Source: Candidatus Micrarchaeota archaeon
GTDB taxonomy: Archaea; Micrarchaeota; Micrarchaeia; Anstonellales; Bilamarchaeaceae
Direction: 5' to 3'
Length of the DNA stretch: 35,038 nucleotides
NCBI GenBank assembly: GCA_040754495.1
Contig: JBFMCO010000065.1
Coordinates: forward strand, 1-35,038
The position numbers and the translations under genes are program-made. This document shows positions 8,787 through 17,509 of the stretch, in pieces. The number at the start of each line of letters is the position of its first letter. The first letter of the stretch is position 1. Under the pieces are notes generated by a model, which saw only the letters and a program-made list of their open reading frames with translations, did no database searches and was not told where the DNA came from.

Positions 8787-9242
8787 TCACTTTACGAGCA
8801 GGGACGCCTTCTCGCGGTCGTATCTCCACCCTGCCGGGAGCATCCCGCGGGACGAGTAGTACTTTGCCAGCCTGTGGATTTTCGACTCCACATGGCCGAG
8901 TTTGACCTGGTTGTGAACGTCGTTCTTGGAGGCCTTGAGGTGCGCGGACACGCGCACGGCTTTCCGGATAAGGTTGATGAGGTCCTCGGGGTATTCAGGC
9001 GTGGCCTTCTCCTTGGCCAGGTACTGCTTGAGGCTCATCCCGAGCGCCGCCCGGATGTTGGGGACGCCATGCTGGTCGCGGAGCGCCAGGCCGATTCTGG
9101 CCGGCGTGACGCCCTCGCGGGCCATCTTGAGGATTGCTTCCCCCAGCTCCGCCTTCTTCATCGGCGTCCACTCCGGCGAGGCCGTGCTTTTGGGCCTCTT
9201 GGTGCCGGACTTGCCCTTTTTCTTTGAATGCAATCTTGCCAT
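8787..9242 (-). CDS. rps15: 30S ribosomal protein S15 (uS15)
   Basis: MARLHSKKKGKSG...IGLALRDQHGVP...PEDLINLIRKAV...ESKIHRLAKYY. Confidence 0.97.
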   Translation of the reverse strand: MARLHSKKKGKSGTKRPKSTASPEWTPMKKAELGEAILKMAREGVTPARIGLALRDQHGVPNIRAALGMSLKQYLAKEKATPEYPEDLINLIRKAVRVSAHLKASKNDVHNQVKLGHVESKIHRLAKYYSSRGMLPAGWRYDREKASLLVK

Positions 9243-9246
9243 AGGT

Positions 9247-9804
9247 TCACCTTAAGGTGTGTAGACTCTTGGAGAATTCTAGAAGAGATTTATATCTATG
9301 AGATAGCTTGTTTTTTAATTGTATGCTTTCGGCGAACGTCTGTGAATGCCCTTCCGGCACGAAGATGGAGTCATAGCCGAATCCGGAGCTTCCGCGCTCC
9401 CCCAGGGCTATGCTGCCCCGGCATGCCCCTGCAAAACACGAAACACGAAACCCGTCATGGTACGCGATGCAGGTAGCGAATCGCGCCGAGCGGTCTTCCA
9501 CGCCGGCCATGATCTTCAGGATGCCGGCATTGCCGAGCTTCTTCTGCACCCATCCCGAGAACGTCCCGGGAAAGCCGTTCAGGGCGTTTATGAAAAGGCC
9601 GGTGTCCTCCACGAAGACCGGCATCCGGCACCTCCTGAACGCCTCGGCAGCAGCGTCGCGCGCCACTTCCTCCAGGTCGTCCGAGCGCAGCTCACGGTAT
9701 TCGAAGGGAAAGTGCCTTACGGCTATCCCCTCCCTCCCCAGGACTTCGGTAGCCTCAGCGACCTTGTTGCTGTTGGATGTTGCGAAAAATACCTCGTGAA
9801 TCAC
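9247..9804 (-). CDS. rdgB: non-canonical purine NTP pyrophosphatase (RdgB/HAM1)
   Basis: FATSNSNKV, VEDTGLFINALNGFPG, GFGYDSIF and SHR motifs. GTG start. Confidence 0.95.
   Translation of the reverse strand: MIHEVFFATSNSNKVAEATEVLGREGIAVRHFPFEYRELRSDDLEEVARDAAAEAFRRCRMPVFVEDTGLFINALNGFPGTFSGWVQKKLGNAGILKIMAGVEDRSARFATCIAYHDGFRVSCFAGACRGSIALGERGSSGFGYDSIFVPEGHSQTFAESIQLKNKLSHRYKSLLEFSKSLHTLR
9434..9454. repeat. 7-bp tandem repeat (3 units) inside rdgB
   Basis: AAACACG AAACACG AAACCCG. Confidence 0.6.
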
Positions 9805-9840
9805 GCTGATTTAATAATCGGATTGCATTATAAAGGCCTC

Positions 9841-10686
9841 ATGAAAAAGGACGAGCGCAAGGCATCCGAGGAAGGCAGGATGGGCCCTGCAGCCGGGGCT
9901 TCCGCCTCCGGGGCAGAGCAGCCCAAAACCCCAAACCCGAAACCAGAAACACCCGCAGCTCCGAAACCTGCAGCCGGAAACCCGGAACAGGCTGCTATCG
10001 ACCGGAAAACCGATGCCGGCCAGCAGGAGATGGCCGCGCTCCTGAAGGAAACCGAGAGCGCCATGTTCGCCATAAGGTTCTATCCGGTGGCGGTGAACGA
10101 GCAGGCGAAGGACGAGGCGGTCGCGAAGCTGGAGAGCGTATACTCCAAGGGAAGCGAGACCGTGAGGCAGATGCTCCTTTACATGCTCCATGAGAGCCTC
10201 GCGACGAGCGTGGACCTCAAGGTGATGCACACCCTTGATTATTTCAAGGTGAAGACGCCGGGCGTGGAGCCATCGCAACAGAGGATGAGCGTCTACCGGG
10301 CCATATTCAACTACAACACCTCGCTGGAAGGCCTAATTGAACTCATAAAGCTCCTTGGGCGCCTGAGGGGGAGCGACGACGCTGCCAAGCTCCTCACGTA
10401 CCATTTCTCCCACCTGTGCTCCTACGAGAACGAGGCCAGCCACGTGCTCAGGGCGGCCGTGCTCGGCGCGCTCGGCGAATCGGAATCGAGATACGCGCTT
10501 CTTGCGCTCTTGGATTACGCCCACTACACCGACAACGAGCGCACCTTCAACCGCGTCGTGAGCGCGCTCGTGGAGTGGGAGGGCAAGATAGGCTCGCTGA
10601 AGATGCCGGAGAAGGAGAAGGCGAAAATCAGGGAGATGCTGAAGGAGATAATAACGAGCGAATTCAGGGGGAGCCATTACGGGTAG
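9841..10686 (+). CDS. hypothetical protein with low-complexity N-terminus and HEAT-like helical repeats
   Basis: Start set at ATG 9841 because the upstream part of the ORF is antisense to rdgB. VLRAAVLGALGESESRYALLALLDYA is HEAT-like. Confidence 0.75.
   Translation: MKKDERKASEEGRMGPAAGASASGAEQPKTPNPKPETPAAPKPAAGNPEQAAIDRKTDAGQQEMAALLKETESAMFAIRFYPVAVNEQAKDEAVAKLESVYSKGSETVRQMLLYMLHESLATSVDLKVMHTLDYFKVKTPGVEPSQQRMSVYRAIFNYNTSLEGLIELIKLLGRLRGSDDAAKLLTYHFSHLCSYENEASHVLRAAVLGALGESESRYALLALLDYAHYTDNERTFNRVVSALVEWEGKIGSLKMPEKEKAKIREMLKEIITSEFRGSHYG
9926..9991. repeat. 7-bp tandem repeats inside a CDS (PKTPNPKPET...)
   Basis: AAACCCC AAACCCG AAACCAG AAACACC, then AAACCTG CAGCCGG AAACCCG GAACAGG. 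Confidence 0.7.
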
Positions 10687-10687
10687 C

Positions 10688-10729
10688 CGGTTTCCGGCAG
10701 CCGGTTCCCGATTTCGGGTTTTGCGTTTT
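10688..10729. repeat. degenerate 7-bp tandem repeat (6 units) between convergent genes
   Basis: CGGTTTC CGGCAGC CGGTTCC CGATTTC GGGTTTT GCGTTTT. Confidence 0.7.
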
Positions 10730-10743
10730 TGGCTCCACTTGAT

Positions 10744-11745
10744 TTAGACGTGCGTGAACTCGAGCTGCGTCCTGCACTGCGAGTCCTCGCCGAAATAGCC
10801 CGAGATGAACAGCTTGAAGTAGCCGAGAAGCGGGATTCTGCCGATGACCTTGCCCCGCGAGTTCTCCTCCGGGATGGGGCGGTTCATGAGGTCCCGCCCG
10901 TAATCATAGACCTGCATGTCAAGGACCGGGTTGTTGTCCCCGCGCGTTATGTAATAGCCTTTCCCGTCCGCGTCTATCCTGAACAGCACCCGGTGGACGA
11001 TGTCGCCTATCTTCGCATATGCATCCCCGGCACCGGGCTGGTAGACTATGACGTCATTGGAGAAATTTGTGAGGTATTCGGTGCCATGGAACGCGACTGA
11101 TTTCAGGCAGGGCATCGAGCCGGCAGTGCCGTTCGAGAACGAAATGCCGCACCGCTCGTAGCGGTACGTGAATGCGCCCTTCTTTTCCAGGAACGAGCCG
11201 GGGGAAGTTATGAACGCCTGGCACATCTGGCTCCCCCTGCTCGCGATGCAGTACGGGAGCAGAGAGCCCTTTATGGTCGCGTTCCCGCCGTCGTAGGTTA
11301 TCATGGAGTCGGACGTGAGGGATTCGAGCTCTGCCCCGCTCATGTCGAGCTGGTATGCGCGGACAGGCGCCCCCTGCACAAGCACGAAATCCCCGCGCTG
11401 GAGATTAGGGAGCATGCTGCATGAAACCACGGCGGATAGTGGGGAACTCGTGTTCAGCACCAGCGAGGCGCCGAACCAGATGCCGACCGCGACGAGCAGG
11501 GCGACGACCGTGTCCACGACCTCGTGCTTCCAGCCGTGCTTCTTGGCGCCGTCCTTAACCTCCAGGGCGACGAAATAAGCGATTTCGACTACGATGAGGA
11601 TGCCGAAAAGCGGCGAGAGGAGGTTCAGCGGGAACCCTGAATCGCGGAAAAGAAAGTTCGACAGGAGCGCGAGGACGAGCGTGCCAAAAAGCGCCAGGAG
11701 CTGGACCTGGGGCTTCTTGATATTCTCCCGGGTGATTTGCATCAT
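10744..11745 (-). CDS. signal peptidase I (S26, archaeal Sec11-type) with large insertion
   Basis: Catalytic VVSCSMLPNLQRGD, IVHRV and YITRGDNNPVLD motifs, with N-terminal TM helices. Confidence 0.9.
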   Translation of the reverse strand: MMQITRENIKKPQVQLLALFGTLVLALLSNFLFRDSGFPLNLLSPLFGILIVVEIAYFVALEVKDGAKKHGWKHEVVDTVVALLVAVGIWFGASLVLNTSSPLSAVVSCSMLPNLQRGDFVLVQGAPVRAYQLDMSGAELESLTSDSMITYDGGNATIKGSLLPYCIASRGSQMCQAFITSPGSFLEKKGAFTYRYERCGISFSNGTAGSMPCLKSVAFHGTEYLTNFSNDVIVYQPGAGDAYAKIGDIVHRVLFRIDADGKGYYITRGDNNPVLDMQVYDYGRDLMNRPIPEENSRGKVIGRIPLLGYFKLFISGYFGEDSQCRTQLEFTHV

Positions 11746-12017
11746 TTCACGATGTCCGAAAACTGCCCCCGGAAATCCGCGAGCTCCTTCCGTATCTCCT
11801 CGAGCTTCTCCAGGACGAGCTTGGCCGGCTCGCCTTTCTTCGTCCTGACGATGAGCTTCGGGGAGGTGACGAGCGGGTGCTCGACCTTGTAGGACGCGAA
11901 CTCGACGTCCTTCTCGTCATTCAGCTTCTCAGCAAGGAGCTGGGCCAGGGACTGGTCCGCGCCCGTAAGCTCCATCTCGAGCGTGTTCTTCTCGTTCAAA
12001 AGTACCTTCATCTCCAT
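11742..12017 (-). CDS. rpoL: DNA-directed RNA polymerase subunit L (Rpo11)
   Basis: LAQLLAEKL...VEFASYKVEHPL...PKLIVRT, in conserved position after csl4. Confidence 0.93.
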   Translation of the reverse strand: MEMKVLLNEKNTLEMELTGADQSLAQLLAEKLNDEKDVEFASYKVEHPLVTSPKLIVRTKKGEPAKLVLEKLEEIRKELADFRGQFSDIVK

Positions 12018-12062
12018 AAAAACCCTCTACGCCTTTCTAGGTGGGGTTTTTGACCCCCATCA

Positions 12063-12764
12063 TCAGTATGAGCCGGGCCTTCCCCCTGGTCCGGGCCTTC
12101 TTCCGAACGGCCTGCCCCTGCGCTCGCCGCCCCTTCCGCCTTCGCGCCGGAAGCCTCCGCGCTCCCGGAACGGCGGGCGCCCGCGGCGCTCACCCATCTC
12201 CTCGGGCGGCGGGGCCTCCCCCTCCGCGAGGGGAAGCTTCTTCCGGTCCTTCCACGAGCAGGACGGGCAGGTGAATATCCTTTCCCGCAGCTCCATGCGC
12301 ATGCGGCAGCGCGGGCAGAACGAGACGAGCACCCCGCACTCCGGATGCTTCATGCTTATCTCGAAGCCGGTCTTGTCTATGGTCAGTATCCTCGCCTTGA
12401 TTATGTCCCCGACGCGCACCTCGTCGCGGACCTCGCGGACGTAGCTGTTCCTTATCGCGGTCACTGGGAGGACGGCCTCTATCTCCACGCCCCTCTGCCC
12501 GCCTTCTGCCTCTCTGGCAGGAATGCATCCGGCGATAGCCTTGTTCATGCCGGCCTTGGTTATCAGGCAGAAGACGGCCATGCCCACGGCAGGCTGCTCG
12601 AGAAACCTTCCCTTCGTCCTGACCGCTGCCTTTCCGGGCTCGCTCAGGTTCTCCCCCGCGGCCGCGGAGTATACCTCGTCCTTTTCAGTGTAAGTGTTCT
12701 CCCCGGGCTCGGCCTCCTCGGCACTCGAGAGATGGTCTCCCGGAAGAACTAGCTTCTTTTCCAT
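12063..12764 (-). CDS. csl4: exosome complex RNA-binding protein Csl4
   Basis: VLPGDHL, S1 domain (VRVGDIIKARI), Zn ribbon CPRC..CPSC, and an Arg/Gly-rich tail. Confidence 0.92.
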   Translation of the reverse strand: MEKKLVLPGDHLSSAEEAEPGENTYTEKDEVYSAAAGENLSEPGKAAVRTKGRFLEQPAVGMAVFCLITKAGMNKAIAGCIPAREAEGGQRGVEIEAVLPVTAIRNSYVREVRDEVRVGDIIKARILTIDKTGFEISMKHPECGVLVSFCPRCRMRMELRERIFTCPSCSWKDRKKLPLAEGEAPPPEEMGERRGRPPFRERGGFRREGGRGGERRGRPFGRRPGPGGRPGSY

Positions 12765-12861
12765 GGCAATGCCTCTGTTTTAAAGAGGAATTACCATTGG
12801 ATGGAAGGGTTTTTAAGGATGAACAATACAATAAAATTCACTTATTGACACAAGTGAGCCT

Positions 12862-13665
12862 ATGATTGGACAAACACCCTGCTTCGCCGGCCTGCCGGCA
12901 TTGGCCGCCTCGAAAAAATTCGGCAGGTATGGGCCTGAAGCCGAAAAGGCTTCCAGGACAGGCCAGTATAAACGCGAGGAATTCAACGATATAATGGACC
13001 TGTGGCAGAGGATGTGGGATTCGCAAAAAGCCACCAGGGACCTGGAAAAGATGTACGAGGAGGCCGCAAAGGGGGTGGAGGCCCTCGGGATGGCCGGGAT
13101 CGAATTCGGAGAGTTTGCCGCCAGGGTAGCGGAATTAAGCATACTGCTCCCCGAGGATGAGGGGGTGGGGCTGATAAAGCATAACAACTTCAGGGCAGGA
13201 ATCGCCCTCAGCGCCGTCATAAATTGCAGTTCCCGCGAGCTTTTCGATATAGACCTTGATGGGGTGGGGATAGCACTTGCCGAACTCGGTTACCGGAATG
13301 TAAAGGAAGTCACTTTCCGCAGGGGCGCGCCCCTTTATGGCACTGCAAGCGATTTCAATTTAGGGAACTGTATGGAGAAAGGCTCGATAGACTACCATGG
13401 GGGCATTTTTGGGCGGGTAGGCAGGAAGATGAGCGGCGGGGTGATAAGGATTCACGGGGACGCCATAAGCTCCCCGGTCGGAAATCTGCCAATCGGGGCG
13501 AAGATGACCGGCGGCGAGATCTGGGTATTTGGCAATGCGGATAATCTGGTCGGCCCGGGCATGAGGGGCGGTGAGATACACTTCGAGGGCGATTTCGGCG
13601 GGATTTCGGAAACCATGATTTCCGGAAGGATATACCATAAGGGAAGGCTGATTGTCGATAAGTGA
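12862..13665 (+). CDS. GXGXG beta-helix (FwdC/GltB-C-like) domain protein, paralog family B copy 1
   Basis: GNCMEKGSIDYHG..VGRKMSGGVIRIHG..IGAKMTGGEIWVFG..VGPGMRGGEIHFEG repeats, and N-terminal ALAASKKFGRY. Confidence 0.85.
   Translation: MIGQTPCFAGLPALAASKKFGRYGPEAEKASRTGQYKREEFNDIMDLWQRMWDSQKATRDLEKMYEEAAKGVEALGMAGIEFGEFAARVAELSILLPEDEGVGLIKHNNFRAGIALSAVINCSSRELFDIDLDGVGIALAELGYRNVKEVTFRRGAPLYGTASDFNLGNCMEKGSIDYHGGIFGRVGRKMSGGVIRIHGDAISSPVGNLPIGAKMTGGEIWVFGNADNLVGPGMRGGEIHFEGDFGGISETMISGRIYHKGRLIVDK
12902..12930 (+). repeat. 29-bp exact direct repeat, copy 1
   Basis: TGGCCGCCTCGAAAAAATTCGGCAGGTAT, identical to 13711-13739. Confidence 0.9.
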
Positions 13666-14117
13666 CTGGCATGATGAGACATACGCACCGGACATCCGGA
13701 TGGGCTGCGCTGGCCGCCTCGAAAAAATTCGGCAGGTATAAAGGCGAGAGCGGGGGCCCCGTAAGGGAGGCCCGAAAGGACGAGGTCCTGGACCGGCTCA
13801 TTGCGCTTTGGGATGTCCGGGAGAAGGAACTGGCCGGGCGGATTCAGCAAATCAGGCATTCAGCGGACGATGTGGAGCGGCTGAGCGTTGCCCTCGGCGC
13901 CCTTGAGGGCGAGCCGGATTTCTATGACCGGGCAGGGAGGCTGCTGAGAGCCCTCGTTATCCACGGCAAGGATAGCGAATTCAGGATTCATACGAAACGT
14001 TTGAGAGATGTGGAAGGCGTCTGGAAACTAAGAAACCGCATCATAAACGGGGAGTTCTGGAAGGAAGAGGCGCACTATAGCATCGACCGCAATCCATGGA
14101 GAGGTATAACTGGCTAG
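13662..14117 (+). CDS. family B copy 2, lacking the beta-helix domain
   Basis: ALAASKKFGRY N-terminus and GTGA overlap with the upstream stop. Ends where the GXGXG repeats would start. Start may be 13671 or 13674. Confidence 0.7.
   Translation: MTGMMRHTHRTSGWAALAASKKFGRYKGESGGPVREARKDEVLDRLIALWDVREKELAGRIQQIRHSADDVERLSVALGALEGEPDFYDRAGRLLRALVIHGKDSEFRIHTKRLRDVEGVWKLRNRIINGEFWKEEAHYSIDRNPWRGITG
13711..13739 (+). repeat. 29-bp exact direct repeat, copy 2
   Basis: Identical to 12902-12930. Confidence 0.9.
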
Positions 14118-14153
14118 ACGAAGGTACGAATCGGCCATAAGCGGATAAGTGAG

Positions 14154-14164
14154 TTTTATAAATA
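14154..14164 (+). promoter_or_regulatory. putative TATA box
   Basis: TTTTATAAATA about 30 nt before ATG 14184, the spacing expected for a leaderless archaeal transcript. Confidence 0.55.
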
Positions 14165-14183
14165 AGACAAGAGTGGTTATCTT

Positions 14184-15425
14184 ATGAAACGGCCCATCCT
14201 TGTCCTCTGTATCGACCGCGACAACGACCTCTTCGAGAAAGGGAGGGTCAGCGGGCCCCTTGTCGGGCGCGAGAGGAACCTCGAAGGGGCGATGGCACTC
14301 GCCCTCGCAGACCCGGAGGACCCGGACTCGAACGCCATCTTCTACGCCGTCAAGATTTTCGACAAGATGCGAAGCGAAGGGGAGAACGTGGAGGTCGTAA
14401 CGCTCACCGGCGACAGGAAGCTCGGCTACAGGGCCGACCGGGAGATAAGCTCCCAGCTCGAGAAGATAATCACCGAGCTCAACCCCGTCTCGTGCGTCCT
14501 TGTCTCGGACGGCGCGTCCGACGAGGAAATCCTGCCCATCATCAAGTCGAGGCTGAAGGTGGATTCGACCAAGATAGTGTTCATCAAGCAGGCGAAGGAG
14601 CTGGAGAAGACGTATTTCGTGCTGCTCGAGAAGCTGCGCGACCCGTCGTTCTCCAAGACGATAATCGGGATTCCCGCCCTTCTGCTGCTTCTCACCGCCA
14701 TCTCAGTCTACATGGGGTGGGGATTCGTCCCGATATTCATAATCGTCGCCATCTACGCCCTCATGCGGGTTTATGGAATCGAGGACCTTTTCCTCGACGT
14801 GGTGAAGGACTTCAGGTTCTCGTTCGAGAGGACGAGCTGGATAGGGTACATCGGCTCGCTCGCCGTGTTCGGAATAGGGATTTTCGTCGGCTACCAGACG
14901 CTGCAGAAGGGAATCTCGCTCAGCCTCGCGAACGACAAGCTGATAGCGCTCGTTTTCGGGAGCGTGAGCTGGGTGTTCTTCACGGGCGCCCTCCTCATCC
15001 TCATCGGGAAGAGCATAGACGCCCTGATGGAGAAGAAGAAGTTCAAGATAACCAAGTACATGCTCTATGGGGCCGCGGCAGGGCTCTCCACTTTCGTCAT
15101 CCTCGTTGGAAGCAGCTGGATAGTGAACCTGAACGAGCCGTATGTCGACTTCGGGACTTTCCTGCTCGCTATAGGCGTGTCGGTCGTCCTCGGGTATTTC
15201 GCGACCTCGTTCGTGAACTGGTACCGGAAGGAGGTGCTCATGGAGATGAAGATAGAGGGCAAGGAGGCCATCTCCGAGCACGGGACTTACGTCGGCAAGG
15301 TCGTGGGCATAGACGCGAGGAGGGGCAAGCTCATCATCCAGACGATTTTCGACAAGAGGTACGCGATTTCCATGTCGGCCGTGAGCGCGGTGGACGACAA
15401 CGTGGTGCTGAAGTCGGGCGAATGA
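14184..15425 (+). CDS. DUF373 family membrane protein with C-terminal PRC-barrel-like domain
   Basis: LVLCIDRDNDL...GPLVGRERN...ALADPEDPDSNAI, several TM helices, and KEAISEHGTYVGKVVGI at the C-terminus. Confidence 0.88.
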   Translation: MKRPILVLCIDRDNDLFEKGRVSGPLVGRERNLEGAMALALADPEDPDSNAIFYAVKIFDKMRSEGENVEVVTLTGDRKLGYRADREISSQLEKIITELNPVSCVLVSDGASDEEILPIIKSRLKVDSTKIVFIKQAKELEKTYFVLLEKLRDPSFSKTIIGIPALLLLLTAISVYMGWGFVPIFIIVAIYALMRVYGIEDLFLDVVKDFRFSFERTSWIGYIGSLAVFGIGIFVGYQTLQKGISLSLANDKLIALVFGSVSWVFFTGALLILIGKSIDALMEKKKFKITKYMLYGAAAGLSTFVILVGSSWIVNLNEPYVDFGTFLLAIGVSVVLGYFATSFVNWYRKEVLMEMKIEGKEAISEHGTYVGKVVGIDARRGKLIIQTIFDKRYAISMSAVSAVDDNVVLKSGE

Positions 15426-15429
15426 CTGC

Positions 15430-17409
15430 CTAGTCGGCCTGCAGCTTCATCTTGCGCAGAAGCTCCTTCTTTCCCTTGCAGTCGGCAAGCGCGTGCTCGA
15501 GGACGTCCACCATGTCGTTCACGAGCACTATGTCGATTTTCTGCTTCCTCTCCTTTTGCAGATAGACGTCCTGGGCGTTCGCCTTCGGGATGAGCACCTT
15601 CTTTATGCCGCTCTCGATTGCGGCCTCGATTTTGCCCGTGATGCCCCCGACAGGGAGAACGCGGCCGCGCACGTCCAGCGAGCCGGTCATGGCCACATCC
15701 TGGCGCACCGGTATGTTGGAAAGGGCGGAAATAACCGCCACGGCCGTGGAGATGGACGCGCTGTCCCCCTCGACGCCCTCGTACGTCTGCAGGTACTGTA
15801 TGTGCAGGTCGGTCCGCGCGATGGCCGTGCCTATGTATTTCTTGAATATGGCCGAAACGTTGTCCACTGCCTCCTTCGCTATGAGGCCGAGCTTCCCGGT
15901 AGCGATGACGCGGCCCTCGCTAATCGATGCGGCCGGAGTCGCCTCCGCGACGATGGGGAGGACGAGGCCTGCCCGCGAATCGCCGAGGACCGCAAGGCCG
16001 TTCACCCTCCCGACCTCTGCGCCGCTCGTTATGATTGTCTGGTATTCCCTCTTGTGCTCGATTATCTTCGCGCCGAGCTGGCTCTCGATTGACTTGAACA
16101 CCAACTTCGCCCCCATCACCTCTGCCTTGGTGACGAGCGGCAGGCTCTTGTCGCGGGCGATGTCGCCTGCTGCCCGGACGAGGCCGCCCAGTTCGCGCAG
16201 GTTGAGCGTGAGCTTCTTCCTGCGGCCGGACATCTTCCTGGCCTCCTCAATTATCTCGGCCACGGCCCCGGAATCGAAATGCGGAATCTTGCCGTCCCTC
16301 TTGACCTCCTGGGCTATGAACCGGACGAGGTTCTCCTGGTTCTCCGGCGTATCCTCCATGGAGTCCTCGACATAGACCTCGTAGCCCCCGCCCCGGATGC
16401 GCGAGCGCAGGGCCGGGTGTATCTGGGCCATGTCCGGCAGGTTTCCGGCCGCCACAAGAACGAAATCGGTGGGCACCGGCTGCGTCTTCACGAGGGCGCC
16501 CGAGCTCATCTCGCTCTGGCCCGTTATCGGATAGCGCTTCTCCTGCATCGCGGTGAGTATCTCCTGCTGCCAGTTCAGCTTCATGGAGGCGATTTCGTCT
16601 ATGAAGAGCACGCCCTTGTTCGCCTGGTGGATGGCGCCGGCTTCCACGCGCAGGTGCGCCGGAGTGCCGAGGCCCCCGGACTGCAAGGGGTCGTGCTTTA
16701 TGTCGCCAAGCAAAGAACCCGCCCTCGATGCGGTCGCGTCCACGAACGGGGCCGCGAACTTCTCGCTGTTGTCCACTATCAGCTTCGGGACGCTCTGGTC
16801 GGTCAGCATGAGCCTGCGGCCGAGGCCCGCGGTCGCGGTGGAGATTATGTAGAGCAGGCCGAGGCCGAGGATGGTCACGATCGCCAGGAGCTTGACGTTC
16901 TCCGGGATTTCAGCTGCGAGCATCACGCCGAGGATTATGAGGCCGAGGAATGCGATTACGAAGATGGAGGATGGGCCGCGCGACTCCTCCTTAGGCTTCT
17001 GGAACGAGACGAGCCGCCTGCCAAGGCCGGTGCGCAGCGCCTTCGCGAGCGCGTCCCCGCTTCCGAGCTTCTTTATCTTCTCGAGCTCCTTGGGCGAGAA
17101 GAACTGGCTGAGCTGCCGGTTCTTCTGCAGGTACGCCTGGTCCGGGTACGTCCGCACCACCCGCACCATCGGCTGGTTCTCGTTGTTCGGGTTCTGGTAG
17201 ACGAGCACGTCCTCCAGGACCTCGCTCTGCATCAGCTCAGCCATCGCCTGCGCCATCATGCTCTTGCCCGTTCCCGGCGGGCCTATCAGGAGCACGTTGC
17301 GCTTCTGCTTGGCGGCTTTCTTGACTATCTCCACGGCATTGTCCTGGCCGATTATCTGGTCTATTATCCTGTCCGGGACTTTTACCTCTGCGGTGGACTT
17401 GAAATTCAT
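15430..17409 (-). CDS. lonB: ATP-dependent protease LonB (membrane-bound archaeal Lon)
   Basis: Walker A GPPGTGKS, two TM segments, Walker B LFIDE, and catalytic GDSAS ... VGGITGK Ser-Lys dyad. Confidence 0.97.
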   Translation of the reverse strand: MNFKSTAEVKVPDRIIDQIIGQDNAVEIVKKAAKQKRNVLLIGPPGTGKSMMAQAMAELMQSEVLEDVLVYQNPNNENQPMVRVVRTYPDQAYLQKNRQLSQFFSPKELEKIKKLGSGDALAKALRTGLGRRLVSFQKPKEESRGPSSIFVIAFLGLIILGVMLAAEIPENVKLLAIVTILGLGLLYIISTATAGLGRRLMLTDQSVPKLIVDNSEKFAAPFVDATASRAGSLLGDIKHDPLQSGGLGTPAHLRVEAGAIHQANKGVLFIDEIASMKLNWQQEILTAMQEKRYPITGQSEMSSGALVKTQPVPTDFVLVAAGNLPDMAQIHPALRSRIRGGGYEVYVEDSMEDTPENQENLVRFIAQEVKRDGKIPHFDSGAVAEIIEEARKMSGRRKKLTLNLRELGGLVRAAGDIARDKSLPLVTKAEVMGAKLVFKSIESQLGAKIIEHKREYQTIITSGAEVGRVNGLAVLGDSRAGLVLPIVAEATPAASISEGRVIATGKLGLIAKEAVDNVSAIFKKYIGTAIARTDLHIQYLQTYEGVEGDSASISTAVAVISALSNIPVRQDVAMTGSLDVRGRVLPVGGITGKIEAAIESGIKKVLIPKANAQDVYLQKERKQKIDIVLVNDMVDVLEHALADCKGKKELLRKMKLQAD

Positions 17410-17476
17410 AAGTATCGACAGCTATATCACCTTCGGGAGAATTAAATAGTTTGCCGTAAGCACCATGTGCCGAACT

Positions 17477-17485
17477 CTTTATAAC
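17477..17485 (+). promoter_or_regulatory. putative TATA box
   Basis: CTTTATAAC about 32 nt before ATG 17510 in an AT-rich divergent gap. Confidence 0.45.
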
Positions 17486-17509
17486 ACTTATTACCATTAA
17501 TCTAAACTA

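Noticed and set aside
9346-9840. N-terminal extension of the 446-aa ORF
   Set aside because: It lies antisense to rdgB. ATG 9841 after the AT-rich gap is the plausible start.
16850-17200. Possible intein or mobile insertion in lonB
   Set aside because: The segment after Walker A is the normal membrane-anchor insertion of LonB. No intein C/S start, HN end or LAGLIDADG motif was seen.
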